Source: Eledone cirrhosa
Lineage: Eukaryota
DNA: 64,000 bases
Assembly (NCBI GenBank): GCA_964016885.1
Contig: OZ024743.1
Span: forward strand, 199,950,001-200,014,000
Direction of reading: 5' to 3'
Both the position numbers and the translations under genes were made by a program. Within the stretch, counting starts at the first letter, position 1; every line of letters starts with the position of its first letter. This document shows, piece by piece, positions 27,912 to 42,900 of the stretch. Below the pieces are notes generated by a model. The model did not search any database and was not told the DNA's origin. It saw only the letters and a program-made list of their open reading frames with translations.

Positions 27912-28374
27912 ACAGCAACAATAACAATAGCTACGCCTAGAACAACAACAATGAAATTTAAGGAGATAGTCCGGTGATAAACGAACTTAAAGAAACAACA
28001 ACAACAACAGCAGCAGCAAGGAACAATTCTAATATAGTCAGATGATCTCTTCTTTATTTATAGGGAAAAAGGATAAATGAGATACTCTGGCATTTATGAC
28101 TTTCTTCGAAAGGACAACAATGACGTTTCTTATGGTTTTGAGGACTAATGATGGTGATCATTATGATAATGATAATGATGATGATGATGATGATGACGGT
28201 AGTGGGGGGTAAGGATGGTGATGATGATGGCGATGATAATGGTAATGTTGATGATGATGATGATGATGTGATGATAAAGATGAAGGTAATGGTGGTGGTG
28301 GTGTTTCTTTCACATATATTTGAAATGTCGGCGTCGTGATGTTGATGGATATATATATATATATATATACATAT

Positions 28375-28415
<41 letters not shown>

Positions 28416-28442
28416 CACACACACCACACACACACACATATA

Positions 28443-28473
<31 letters not shown>

Positions 28474-29504
28474 ATAGCAGACGAATAAGCCGCTTCTAAA
28501 CATGATCCAGACTAGATAAGATTCATTAATTATGAAGGCGTTGCTATTGCCAAAGGTACCACCTATTTGCAGCTAAGTGAACTGAGTTAATTTGAGTTAA
28601 CTCCTTTTGACGGTCAACACTTTATTGGTGCCGTAAATAATAAGCCATCGACTCTTGATCAGTAACTAGTCTAAAACCTTATCAAATCAACCGATAACAG
28701 CTAAGGAACATTATCAAATGAATATAAAGCTTCTCCTCATTGTAACCTGTTCCAGTCTAAAAGCGCGTGTCTTAATAATTATTGTGTCTGGTTCACGATC
28801 GGAAGGCCTTGGTTTCGATTCTGGGGTGTGCGCTGTGGCCTTGCGTAAGAAACTTTATTTCTCGTTACTTAGGTCCATTCAGCTGAAAGAAAAATGAGAT
28901 GTATACATATAATCGATCGACAGTCGATCGACTTTCGTCAAATCGGACCGAGGAAACAATGTTTCCGTTGGTCTTTCCAATTGTTAAAACTCTCTATCGG
29001 TCGCAACTCCAGGCAGAAGGAGTAATGTGAAATAAAGTGTCTTGTTCAAGGACATAACGCATCGAACTCGCAAACTCACGATTGCAAATACAATTGTCTA
29101 ACCACTCAGCCACGCACCTTCACATATATATATATATGATATTTCAAATGGTTGACCTTATCACATTGAATTTCCTTGAGAATTACACTTATTTTACGAA
29201 CAGACAGTTCGTTAGACACTCTTCGTCAGAACCGACGGAAATCCAACGCACAACCTATTTCAAATGATCCTGTTCTTTTATTTAAAGACAGCTAGGTAAA
29301 GCATTAGTTTCACAACAACCTGTTGTTATATTTTTTCATATTTAGAAAAAGATATTTTGTTTTCATGTCTATGTGAGTCCACATTTAATTGTTGCTATTT
29401 TTAAGATGGCCTTATGAAAGTCGAACATATATTTATAAATGGCAAAATACGGTAGTGTTGTTATATTTGGGGATGGTTATGTTGTCAATATTACCAATAG
29501 AAAA

Positions 29505-30160
29505 AAGGGGCGGTGGATTGGCAGTATCGGTAGAGAGTCGGACATCAAGATTTGCAGCATAGAGTTACGGTCCTTTACGGTCTGAGTTCAAATCCCGCTG
29601 AGGTTAACTTTGCCTTTCATCCTTACGGGGTCGATAAAATAAAATACCAGTAACGCACTGCGGTCGATTTAATCGACTTCCCCTTCCCCAAAATTGCTGG
29701 GCTTGTGCCTATATAAGAAACTAATATTACCAATAGAAAAGGGGCGGTGGATTGGCAGTATCGGTAGAGAATCGGACACCATGCGGCAAAGCATGGTGTC
29801 CAACTCTCTACCTCTCTCAAATCCCGCCGAGGTTAACTTTGCTTTTCACCCTTATGCGGTCGATAAAATAACGTACTGGGATCGATTTAATCGACTTTCT
29901 CCTTCCTCCAAAATTACTGGCCTTGTACCTATACTAGAAATCAATATTACCAATAGAAAGAAACACACGTACTATATAATTTTCTCTTTATCTTTGTGGA
30001 TTGGCAGTATCGGTAGAGAGTCGGACGCCATGCTTTACGGTTTGAGTTCAAATCCCGCCGAGGTTCACCTTGCCTTTCATCCTTACGGTGTCGATAAAAT
30101 AGAGTACCAGTAATGTACTGGGTAATTGCTGGCCTTGTGCCAAAAGTAGAAACAGTTATT
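29505..30160 (+). mobile_element. Three tandem SINE copies
   Basis: Head GTGGATTGGCAGTATCGGTAGAG occurs three times with the family body. Confidence 0.85.
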
Positions 30161-30597
30161 CATTTGTTTATCAAAGTTATTTCGTCACACTTTCTGCGAA
30201 AATTATATGGTGCGTGTGTTCTTTCTTATAGAAAATATTAGTCACATGACTCTCCCTAAATATAACAATATCAGTTTCAACACACGATTTCACATAAAGA
30301 ATCTTGTAGAACAAGAACATAAACATAAAATATGGTAGTAGTTTTAGTAGTATTACAAATATCGTAGGTAGTGGTATTGTTGATCGTGAACGTGATAAGG
30401 ATAATGATGATGATGGTGATGATGGTGATGGTGATAAAAAGAATGGTGATTAAAATGATAATGATGATGATTATAATGAAAATGAGGATGATGATGATGA
30501 TGATGGTGATGGTGATAAAAAGTATAGTGATTATAATGAAAATGATGATGATGATGATGAAGATGATGATGATGGTAATAAAAAGAATGGTGATTAT

Positions 30598-30790
30598 AAT
30601 TGTTTCTACTTTAGGCACAAGGCCAGCAATTAATCCAGTACATTACTGGTACTTTATTTTATCGACCCCGTAAGAATGAAAGGCAAAGTTAACCTCGGCG
30701 GGATTTGAACTCAGATCATAAAGGGGAGTAACTCTATACGTTAAAGCATGGCGTCAGACCCTCTACTGATACTGCCAACCCACCGTCCCT
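30598..30790 (-). mobile_element. tRNA-derived SINE
   Basis: Reverse complement of the family consensus. Confidence 0.85.
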
Positions 30791-31126
30791 GTGATTATAA
30801 TGATAATGATGATGATTATGATGAAGATGATGATGATGATGACGATGACAGACAGAGAACCGTACTCAACAAAGTTTACAATAGTCATCACTCAATGTAT
30901 CTTTCTTATAATTTCATCACCCAACAGACAAGCATTCTCCCCCCCCCCCTCTTCTTTCCTTCTTTTCTTCCTTATCTATCACTTCTTCATTTCTTTCTTA
31001 TTTTCTTTCTTTCATTCTTTCTTCAGGTCTTCATATCACACATTTCATTATATTTTTATATATTGTAGTTTTGTATATTAGGAACTGAACACTTCTTTTC
31101 TCTCTTGCTCTCTCTCTCTCTCTCTT

Positions 31127-31169
<43 letters not shown>

Positions 31170-31174
31170 CTTTC

Positions 31175-31243
<69 letters not shown>

Positions 31244-31771
31244 CTTTCTCACTCTCTCTCTCTCTCTCTCTCTGACTCTTATCTTTCTCTTTTGCACTCT
31301 CTCTCATTTGTATACTCTGTGTATTTATAGATATATATATGTTCTTTATTCTTTTATTCTTCGCACCCAACTCTATCACTCTCTCTCTATATATATATAT
31401 ATATAAATATATATATACACACGCACAAGCACACACCACGCCGTACACACTTACTCATATATATATATACACACACACACATACACAGACAGACACACAC
31501 ACACACCCTCACACACAATCCTCGATACTTGGGATAGTAGAATGTAAATATATGGGTCCCGGAAAGTCTGGAATTTGCTGTCGAAAGGGCAAGAGCTCAG
31601 CCGTCGGGCCTCGAACCTCTTATATATATATTGATCTCATTATATATATATATATATATATATATAATGAGATCAATATCCCCATATATATATATATAAA
31701 ATATTCGAGGCCCGACGGCTGAGATATACCAACGCATATTATATAGAGCTCAGCCGTCGGGCTTCGAACCT

Positions 31772-31825
<54 letters not shown>

Positions 31826-32098
31826 CATTATCGGAGAAAGCTTTTAGCGATACTCCGGCCAAATCCCAACTCACTCAACAAACATTAGGAAATAAGTGAG
31901 TATATTCCTAATTAAACGTTCGGGGTGCTAACTAATTGTATTGTGTGGAAAATTGGGTGTATTATTTCATATGAGACATATCTAATATATCTCTTCCCAG
32001 ACGGACGTCTCGTTTCATTATAAGATTCCTACAATTTGGGTGAAATTATAGCAATTTATGTAGGAGCTTGTATAAGATCAACACACACACACACACAC

Positions 32099-32270
<172 letters not shown>

Positions 32271-32473
32271 TTAAGGATACTATTTATGGTTATGCATATA
32301 CAAAAACCTTTTGTAGTTATATATATTTTTTCAAACCCTAAATAGTGATAGGCAGTAATATATTACTACCTTATTACCAGTAAAATAAATAGCTCAATGT
32401 AATAACATCAGTTGTTTTACAGAGCAGTTATATATAAGTTATATGAATCAAAGTTCTGTTTAAATCATTTATA

Positions 32474-32520
32474 TGCTTACAATTGTTTCTTCCAAACCGA
32501 GGTTTGGAGTCTTCGGAGCA
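32474..32520 (-). ncRNA. Type I HHR-like motif, variant core CCGAAGA
   Basis: Mirror copy of 33683-33729. Confidence 0.65.
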
Positions 32521-33682
32521 ATTTATTAATGATTGATTACATACATGACCTCCTTTTCAACCCAAGAGACATACAGAAACATATGCATATATTGTTGCTT
32601 GGTGGGTTGACATCAATTATAACATTTAGCGTGGCAGTATACATTTAAAGATTACAGTCATATCAAAAGAGGATAAAATTAAAATTAAAGTTAAAATACA
32701 TGAAATTAATGCGATAGGACAGTCAGAAGCAGTTAGTGTGTGCAATAGTTACACGTATGGCAAGCACGTGTGTCTTATTTATATAATATTATAGTGTGGC
32801 AGGGTGTTACATGTAATACAAGCACTTCAAGCGGGCAATCAAGAGTATTAAGGGGGTTATACTGGTAATGTATCTTTTATATGAATGTTATAGAAGCTTG
32901 TGTGTAGAGAAATATTATAAATATTAAAAATATTAGAAATGTGTAGCAAAGCGATGTTATGGTTTTCGTGTACAACACCATTTTCACAGTCCGGAGAGGG
33001 TAATATCTAGATTATATGTCCCTCACATAATCCACGATGATTCAATATTGGATGTTTGATGATTCTGTTAGAGTATCATAGTTTGTTGGTCTTTAGTCCA
33101 ATTTATATAACAGGTTGTTTTAGTTGCGAGAATTAACATCCAACATCATCAAACATCCAATATTGAATCATCGTGGATTATGTGAGGGACATATAATTTA
33201 GATATTACGCTCTCCCGACTGTGAAAATGGTGTTGTACACGAAAACCATAACATCGCTTTGCTACACATTTCTAATATTTTAAATATTTATAATATTTCT
33301 CTACACACAAGCTTCTATAACATTCATATAAAAGAGACATTACCAGTACAACCCCCTTAATACTCTTGATTGCCCGCTTGAAGTGCTTGTATTACATGTA
33401 ACACCCTGCCACACTATAATATTATATAAATAAGACATACGTGCTTGCCACACGTGTAACTATTGCACACACTAACTGCTTCTGACTATCCTATCGCATT
33501 AATTTCATGTTGTATTTTAACTTTAATTTTAATTTTATCCTCTTTTTATAATCTTTAAATGTATACTGCCACGCTAAATGTTATAATGGATGTCAATCCA
33601 CCAAGCAACAATATATGCATATGTTTCTGTATGTCTCTTGGGTTGAAAAGGAGGTCATGTATGTAATCAATCATTAATAAAT

Positions 33683-33729
33683 TGCTCCGAAGACTCCAAA
33701 CCTAGGTTTGGAAGAAACAATTGTAAGCA
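33683..33729 (+). ncRNA. Type I HHR-like motif, variant core CCGAAGA
   Basis: TGCT-CCGAAGA-c[TCCAAACC ta GGTTTGGA]a-GAAA-CAATTG-TA-AGCA. Stem I is TGCT/AGCA, stem III is the palindrome ACAATTGT, and the site is GUA. Confidence 0.65.
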
Positions 33730-33764
33730 TATAAATGATTTAAACAGAACTTTGATTCATATAA

Positions 33765-33878
<114 letters not shown>

Positions 33879-34035
33879 ATAATAAGTTATCGTCAAAGTT
33901 AATCCAGTTAGAGGTTGTGAGTGCTCTGCGTCGTGGATAGTTTTAACGTACGGCTTTTTTTGACTCAACAAGGTACTTCCATAGTTATGCAGCGAGTTCG
34001 CGGTAATTTTTATGCAGGTTATACTTGGAGTAATA

Positions 34036-34393
34036 ATAGTTAAAGAATGAAGAGTAACATGGTTGGCTGTACAATAAAGACTTTACTTAAAGTACTGACA
34101 ATTGTTTCGTTGATCATGTGGGTCTAGAGTTCGCTAATCGCTTGATGTTGCGTTATTCGATCTCCAATACATTATTCACCTATGGTCAACACATCAGAGT
34201 ATGTACATAGGTATGTAGATATCTACATACTCTGATGTGTTGACCATAGGTGAATAATGTATTGGAGATCGAATCACGCAACATCAAGCGATTAGCGAAC
34301 TCTAGACCCACATGATCAACGAAAGAATTGTCAGTACTTTAAATAATGCCTTTATTGTACAGCCAACCATGTTACTCTTTATTCTTTAACTAT
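34036..34393. mobile_element. Fold-back element with ~170-bp arms, HHR-like motif in each
   Basis: 34036-34205 is the reverse complement of 34223-34393; the right end abuts (TA)n(GA)n. Confidence 0.8.
34093..34201 (-). ncRNA. Type I HHR-like motif, variant core CTGATGT, long stem II
   Basis: TACT-CTGATGT-[GTTGACCAT...ATGATCAAC]-GAAA-CAATTG-TC-AGTA with palindromic stem III and a GUC site. The plus-strand mirror at 34228-34336 has one stem III mutation. Confidence 0.6.
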
Positions 34394-34595
34394 ATATATA
34401 TAGAGAGAGAGAGATTATTTTAATATAGTGAGAGAGTAGAGGTTTAAAGGGGTAAGCGATACATATAGGTAATTACGAAAAGGTGGTGCATTTGTGCTCA
34501 AAGCTTGTGCCTACAGGGTTAAATATCGGAAGCAGTTAATACTTAGCGGGCGAGAATATAAGCAGAGCGGTTACAAATGAAAGGATTACAAAGAA

Positions 34596-34660
<65 letters not shown>

Positions 34661-34736
34661 TAAGTTATTCCGGGTTGAATCGGAGGTAACCACAGTAAGT
34701 AAGGTACTCAATACATAGCAGAGTATAAAAGTTTTT

Positions 34737-34864
34737 ATATAGATGAGATTCTACAGGACTAGAACTGTTTCATTCTTTAGAAATCATCAGGAATCTGGCT
34801 GTCCAGATTCCTGATGATTTCTAAAGAATGAAACTGTTCTAGACCTGTAGAATCTCATCTATAT
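34737..34864. repeat. ~62-bp-arm hairpin between (TA)n tracts with CTGATGA...GAAAC
   Basis: Near-perfect inverted repeat with a CTGT loop; CTGATGA at 34811 and GAAA at 34830, but stem I is not convincing. Confidence 0.75.
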
Positions 34865-34867
34865 TAA

Positions 34868-34906
<39 letters not shown>

Positions 34907-34910
<4 letters not shown>

Positions 34911-35878
34911 CAGAACGAAATTCCTGTTGATAAACTGAATCCTCCGTTCGATCACCAATACCATGAGCTTGCCATTCACGTAAGTCTGATATTTGATTTC
35001 GGATTCAAAGAAACACTTTAAACGATTGTTCGTTTGATTTGTCCAGATGTACTTTTCTCAACCTGATTAGTTCTATCGTTACTTTGGTATATATTGTGTG
35101 TTAGTTTCGCCTAGCACAATGTTCGATTTGTCAAGCTATTTAAACGTATGTTATTACTCTAAGGTCCTATCTTATCGAGTGCTTTGCTAACTCATCATTT
35201 CATATAAGTAGGCCAAATTAGCTTGCAAACCGCCAGAGATTCGATTTTACTGATTTCCAATTATATTATTCTCCTAGATTTAATAATTAACTAATTAATT
35301 TAATTAGACAATTCTTTTGATTGGTTAATTATTTGTGTTTGTGTTTTATAACATCTAGTTGAGAGCTTATCATGATGATTAGTGGAAATTAAAATATTTC
35401 CTTTCGCTAACATTTTGAATAACCCGCGCAAAACCGAGGGTTATTTCCCTTGCCGGAATTAACACGTGATAGCTATAGATACGATAAGCAGCATGTAGCA
35501 GCAACATATAATTTATCACTTCGTTCTTAGGCAGAACGAAATTCCTGTTGATAAACTGAATCCTCCATTCGATCACCAATACCATGAGCTTGCCATTCAC
35601 GTAAGTCTGATATTTGATTTCGGATTCAAAGAAACACTTTAAACGATTGTTCGTTTGATTTGTCCAGGTGTACTTTTCTCAACCTGATTAGTTCTATCGT
35701 TACTTTGGTATATATTGTGTATTAGTTTCGCCTACCAGAATGTTCGATTTGTCAAACTATTTAAACGTATGTTATTACTCTAAGGTCCTATCTTATCGAG
35801 TGCTTTGCTAACTCATCATTTCATATAAGTAGGTCGAATTTACTTGCAAACCACCAGAGATTCGATTTTACTGATTTC

Positions 35879-35887
<9 letters not shown>
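34907..35887. repeat. Partial tandem repeat, period 621 bp (360-bp direct repeats), between (TA)n tracts
   Basis: 34907-35266 closely matches 35528-35887. Confidence 0.9.
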
Positions 35888-35937
<50 letters not shown>

Positions 35938-36442
35938 GTATTCCGGAATGACGATAGATGAGAATTAGAACGAATGTGTAAATACTATCGGGAATGATAG
36001 ATTCACACACATATATATATGTGTGTGTGTGTATATATATATGAGTGTGTATGTATGGTGTGGTGTGTGTTTGTACGTGTGTATATATATATATTTAGCC
36101 CGACGGCTGAGCCGTTGCCCCTTCGACAGCAAATTCCAGACTCTATATAGTATGCGTTGGTATATCTCAAGCCTGATGTTTATAGGTATGGTGGGTTGTG
36201 TAGAGGTAGTCGTTGAACATAGTCTCGTAAGTGAGGATTGAGGGGAAGATAGATGTGAGGTGAGCAGGAGGAGCAATAAGGAGCTGGAAGGAAGACGTTA
36301 AAAGCGTGGAAGGGCGTTGAAGCAATGCCTCTCACAGAGTCACAAAGATGGAGCTTGCACACTGTGACGATGGCTGGTCAGGGAAACCATTATTGCTACC
36401 ACAACATTATTGACAGCAGCACAAATCCAATATGCCTTAAGG

Positions 36443-36607
36443 CAGACATGTCAAACTGAGGGTCCCTCTAGGGTCAGATGGGTCACATATGTGTTGTCTG
36501 AGGGACACACACGACAACTAATTGTGCACAATACAACTAATTTTACGAATGTAAAACATGCTCGCGCTGTAAATACCTTTGTGCGGGCCACATGTTTGAC
36601 ATGCCTG
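36443..36607. mobile_element. hAT-family MITE
   Basis: TIRs CAGACATGTCAAAC / GTTTGACATGCCTG; 8-bp TSD CCTTAAGG/TCTTAAGG. Confidence 0.8.
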
Positions 36608-36811
36608 TCTTAAGGAACGTAATTTATGAGCTAAACTGAGCATGTGGGGCTAACTGCATCGGTTCCACAAAGCGACAACTGCACCACAGAGGGAAGAACA
36701 CTTCGAAAAGACAAAACCGCCAAGCGCAGTGTTCCAACATAGGCAAGAATGTAGAAGAAGCATCACGACAAAAATACTTGTAGAACAAACAGACGCAATA
36801 AGGCTACGAAT

Positions 36812-37225
36812 AATGGTTTCTTATATAGGCACAAAGCCAGCAATTTTGGGGGAGGGGGAAGTCGATTAAATCGACCCTAGTGCGTGACTGGTACCTTATT
36901 TTATCGACGCCGTAAGGATGAAAGGCAAAGTTAACCTCGGCGGGGTTTGAACTCAGATCAAAAAGGGTCTATGCTGCAAAGCATGGCGTCCGACCCTCTA
37001 GCGATACTGCCAATCCACTGCCCTAAGCCTATGAATAATTGTTTCTACTTTTGGCACAAGGACAGCAATTATTCCAGTGTATTACTGGTACTTTATTTTA
37101 TCGACCCCGTAAGGATGAAAGGTAAAGTTAACCTCGGTGGGATTTGAACTCAGATCATAAATGGCCGTAACTCTTTGCTGCAAAGCATGGCGTCCGACCC
37201 TCTACCGCTACTGTCAATCCACCGT
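36812..37225 (-). mobile_element. Two tandem SINE copies
   Basis: Family consensus in reverse orientation. Confidence 0.85.
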
Positions 37226-39176
37226 GGAGGCGCATTTCATTAGAAAGTGAGAACCAGTCCTGAACCGTCGGAGTGATCTGAGGACTTGGAAATACCTGTA
37301 CACATATTCCGACGGTAAAGGATTTGCCAAAATGACAACAGAGTCCGACGAAGGATTTTAGAGCCGAAAGTGTTAAGCGCTAACCATCAATACACTAACC
37401 GACACTAACACGGCAACAAGGCTCGTAGTCAGTAGCTGCGAACCCATTCACGATAAACATACTAATCCTAGTTATAATTCTATCCTTTAATCTATTTTTA
37501 TCTTAGCCCTCATTCACACACAAGCACACACACACACACACACACACCTCTATCCTCACATGACCGAATGATACAACACAAATGGTTAACATTTTCAACA
37601 AGTTGTAATTATTTCTTCCTTCCAGCTCCCTATAGCTTACACTTCTCACCTCACGTTCAGCTTCCCCTCAATATTCACTTACGTAACTCTGCTAGCGATT
37701 ACATGCAACTACGACGTTTACACAACCAACTATATCTATCTATCCATCCATCCATCTGTCTATCTATTATACATATATATATATAATAATTGTTTCTTCT
37801 TTTGGCACAAGGCCAGCAATTACCCAGTGCATCACTGGTACTTTATTTTATCGACCCCGTAAGGATGAAAGGTAAAGTTAACCTCGGCGAGACATCAACT
37901 CAAATCATAAAGGGCCGTAAGGGCGAATGGTTAAGACTTCATTACGTTTACAGGTTGGTGACACGCGTTTCGTTATTGATCAGCTCAAGTATGAAAGCTT
38001 AACCATTGATCCTTGTATTATTATATTACACTCTGTCTAGCTCTACACCTCGATACTGAAGTGAACCTAAACATCGAGTGCTCACCTGGGTGAACCTACA
38101 GTAACTTCGCGTTACACTCCCTGGATTTATATATATATATGTAAATATAATTTCAGCGAGGTCGCATTTCGGCTGTGGTCTAAAACAAAGCGAAACGCAA
38201 TTTTCCAGATATGCGGCAAGCGCTCAATGGACTAAAAGAAGACCAGAGCAATTAACATAAGTTATAGAGGCAAACAAACTGAAAACGGCGGTCATGAAGC
38301 TATCAGCCACCCAAGCCTAAAAAAACACATATACATATATATATATATATTATCGGAGCTATAATTATATCTTTAAATTATGTGCCTCGCTGTAGAAAAG
38401 AAACAAGTGTAAATGCACTTCATTATCCCTTCCATACAGCCATTTACCTGTTTCTCAGCCTTTATCCTGCCGCTTACGAAGAGACATTATGTTGAACACA
38501 AATCTGAATTTACATGCTTTATTTCCATAGCTTGCATTCGCATAATATTGAAACCAATTTTATCATATATTTTGATGAACATTTATAGCAAAATTGATGT
38601 TTCGTCGGCCATATCTGGTAGATGGATGTAAGAGCCTAACAATATTTTAGATGTCTTGATCAGATGTATTTACTAGAGCCGAGGAAAAATGTGCCTGACA
38701 CAATTAGATCATAACTACATACTGCATTAGCATCTCTCTTGGTACTGCAGCCATAACGCAAATGTGTTCTTTCTTAGCAATGGTATACTGAGCTGTCTGC
38801 GTTGAGTTTTGGCAACAAATGTACCACTTAACTAGTGGAATACACCCTACAAGAACAAGCGAACAAGAAGACAGTCTCATCTAGTCAGATAAAAGCCAAG
38901 ACAAGTCAAGACAATCAGGCAATGAAATATACAGGAAGTGACGTATGATGATATTTGGAGACATGACAAACAGCAATACATAGGTTCACTAGTAAGGAAA
39001 TGCATCATAATACCCGGTAGTGAATGAGGAATCTGACATATATACATACCCCTCCATATATATATATATATATATATATATAAGTATGGTACAAGGAAAA
39101 ACAGGAATAACTAGGCAAAAGAAATTTATTTTGACTTATCTTCGTCTCTCTCTATATATATATGTGTGTGTGTATG

Positions 39177-39259
<83 letters not shown>

Positions 39260-39270
39260 GTATATATGTA

Positions 39271-39302
<32 letters not shown>

Positions 39303-39334
39303 CATATATACATATATATATATATATGTATATA

Positions 39335-39389
<55 letters not shown>

Positions 39390-39394
39390 GTATA

Positions 39395-39946
<552 letters not shown>

Positions 39947-42900
39947 ATGAGCCGCCAGTGTCCGCGCATTGCCTGGAGACTTAACTGAGAATAGACTTCC
40001 TGATGACGCAATGAATTCTCGACAGTTGAATTACGTAACTGTCTTTATCCCATTGCAGAAACTAATTAGTTGGAGTGAAAATTTAAGTAAGAAAAAAATT
40101 TTTTTTAAATTTTTTTAAAAAAATATTTTTTTATTTTACGTCCTTTATATTATTGTTCTGCATTCTCCTGCATTGAACCACCTAGGTACTATGACATAAC
40201 CTGTGTATTTGCTGGCATGGGCGTGCATCTGTGCGCTTATGTTAGTTGATATATTAAATTATCTATATTTATCTCCAAATCACTGATTTGTCGAGCAAAC
40301 TTGTCAAAACCACTTCTAAAAAAATTTTTTTTGGGGTGTTAGTAGGCGTCAGTCATCTTACCATCCCATTCCTTCTAACTAGCCTCTGTGTCACGTGATT
40401 GATTCTTTAGAATCGGCCATTTGACTTGAAGCAGTGAGAATTTCGGTACATAGAATTCAGTCCTCGCAAGCTGTTCGATTTACCGAATTATTATTATTTT
40501 TATATGAGCCGCCAGTGTCCGCGCATTGCCTGGAGACTTAACTGAGAATAGACTTCCTGATGACGCAATGAATTCTCGACAGTTGAATTACGTAACTGTC
40601 TTTATCCCATTGCAGAAACTAATTAGTTGGAGTGAAAATTTAAGTAAGAAAAAAATTTTTTTTAAATTTTTTTAAAAAAATATTTTTTTATTTTACGTCC
40701 TTTATATTATTGTTCTGCATTCTCCTGCATTGAACCACCTAGGTACTATGACATAACCTGTGTATTTGCTGGCATGGGCGTGCATCTGTGCGCTTATGTT
40801 AGTTGATATATTAAATTATCTATATTTATCTCCAAATCACTGATTTGTCGAGCAAACTTGTCAAAACCACTTCTAAAAAAATTTTTTTTGGGGTGTTAGT
40901 AGGCGTCAGTCATCTTACCATCCCATTCCTTCTAACTAGCCTCTGTGTCACGTGATTGATTCTTTAGAATCGGCCATTTGACTTGAAGCAGTGAGAATTT
41001 CGGTACATAGAATTCAGTCCTCGCAAGCTGTTCGATTTACCGAATTATTATTATTTTTATATGAGCCGCCAGTGTCCGCGCATTGCCTGGAGACTTAACT
41101 GAGAATAGACTTCCTGATGACGCAATGAATTCTCGACAGTTGAATTACGTAACTGTCTTTATCCCATTGCAGAAACTAATTAGTTGGAGTGAAAATTTAA
41201 GTAAGAAAAAAATTTTTTTTAAATTTTTTTAAAAAAATATTTTTTTATTTTACGTCCTTTATATTATTGTTCTGCATTCTCCTGCATTGAACCACCTAGG
41301 TACTATGACATAACCTGTGTATTTGCTGGCATGGGCGTGCATCTGTGCGCTTATGTTAGTTGATATATTAAATTATCTATATTTATCTCCAAATCACTGA
41401 TTTGTCGAGCAAACTTGTCAAAACCACTTCTAAAAAAATTTTTTTTGGGGTGTTAGTAGGCGTCAGTCATCTTACCATCCCATTCCTTCTAACTAGCCTC
41501 TGTGTCACGTGATTGATTCTTTAGAATCGGCCATTTGACTTGAAGCAGTGAGAATTTCGGTACATAGAATTCAGTCCTCGCAAGCTGTTCGATTTACCGA
41601 ATTATTATTATTTTTATATGAGCCGCCAGTGTCCGCGCATTGCCTGGAGACTTAACTGAGAATAGACTTCCTGATGACGCAATGAATTCTCGACAGTTGA
41701 ATTACGTAACTGTCTTTATCCCATTGCAGAAACTAATTAGTTGGAGTGAAAATTTAAGTAAGAAAAAAATTTTTTTTAAATTTTTTTAAAAAAATATTTT
41801 TTTATTTTACGTCCTTTATATTATTGTTCTGCATTCTCCTGCATTGAACCACCTAGGTACTATGACATAACCTGTGTATTTGCTGGCATGGGCGTGCATC
41901 TGTGCGCTTATGTTAGTTGATATATTAAATTATCTATATTTATCTCCAAATCACTGATTTGTCGAGCAAACTTGTCAAAACCACTTCTAAAAAAATTTTT
42001 TTTGGGGTGTTAGTAGGCGTCAGTCATCTTACCATCCCATTCCTTCTAACTAGCCTCTGTGTCACGTGATTGATTCTTTAGAATCGGCCATTTGACTTGA
42101 AGCAGTGAGAATTTCGGTACATAGAATTCAGTCCTCGCAAGCTGTTCGATTTACCGAATTATTATTATTTTTATATGAGCCGCCAGTGTCCGCGCATTGC
42201 CTGGAGACTTAACTGAGAATAGACTTCCTGATGACGCAATGAATTCTCGACAGTTGAATTACGTAACTGTCTTTATCCCATTGCAGAAACTAATTAGTTG
42301 GAGTGAAAATTTAAGTAAGAAAAAAATTTTTTTTAAATTTTTTTAAAAAAATATTTTTTTATTTTACGTCCTTTATATTATTGTTCTGCATTCTCCTGCA
42401 TTGAACCACCTAGGTACTATGACATAACCTGTGTATTTGCTGGCATGGGCGTGCATCTGTGCGCTTATGTTAGTTGATATATTAAATTATCTATATTTAT
42501 CTCCAAATCACTGATTTGTCGAGCAAACTTGTCAAAACCACTTCTAAAAAAATTTTTTTTGGGGTGTTAGTAGGCGTCAGTCATCTTACCATCCCATTCC
42601 TTCTAACTAGCCTCTGTGTCACGTGATTGATTCTTTAGAATCGGCCATTTGACTTGAAGCAGTGAGAATTTCGGTACATAGAATTCAGTCCTCGCAAGCT
42701 GTTCGATTTACCGAATTATTATTATTTTTATATGAGCCGCCAGTGTCCGCGCATTGCCTGGAGACTTAACTGAGAATAGACTTCCTGATGACGCAATGAA
42801 TTCTCGACAGTTGAATTACGTAACTGTCTTTATCCCATTGCAGAAACTAATTAGTTGGAGTGAAAATTTAAGTAAGAAAAAAATTTTTTTTAAATTTTTT

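Noticed and set aside
29505-29610. tRNA gene suggested by A/B boxes
   Set aside because: It is the head of the multi-copy SINE; no cloverleaf.
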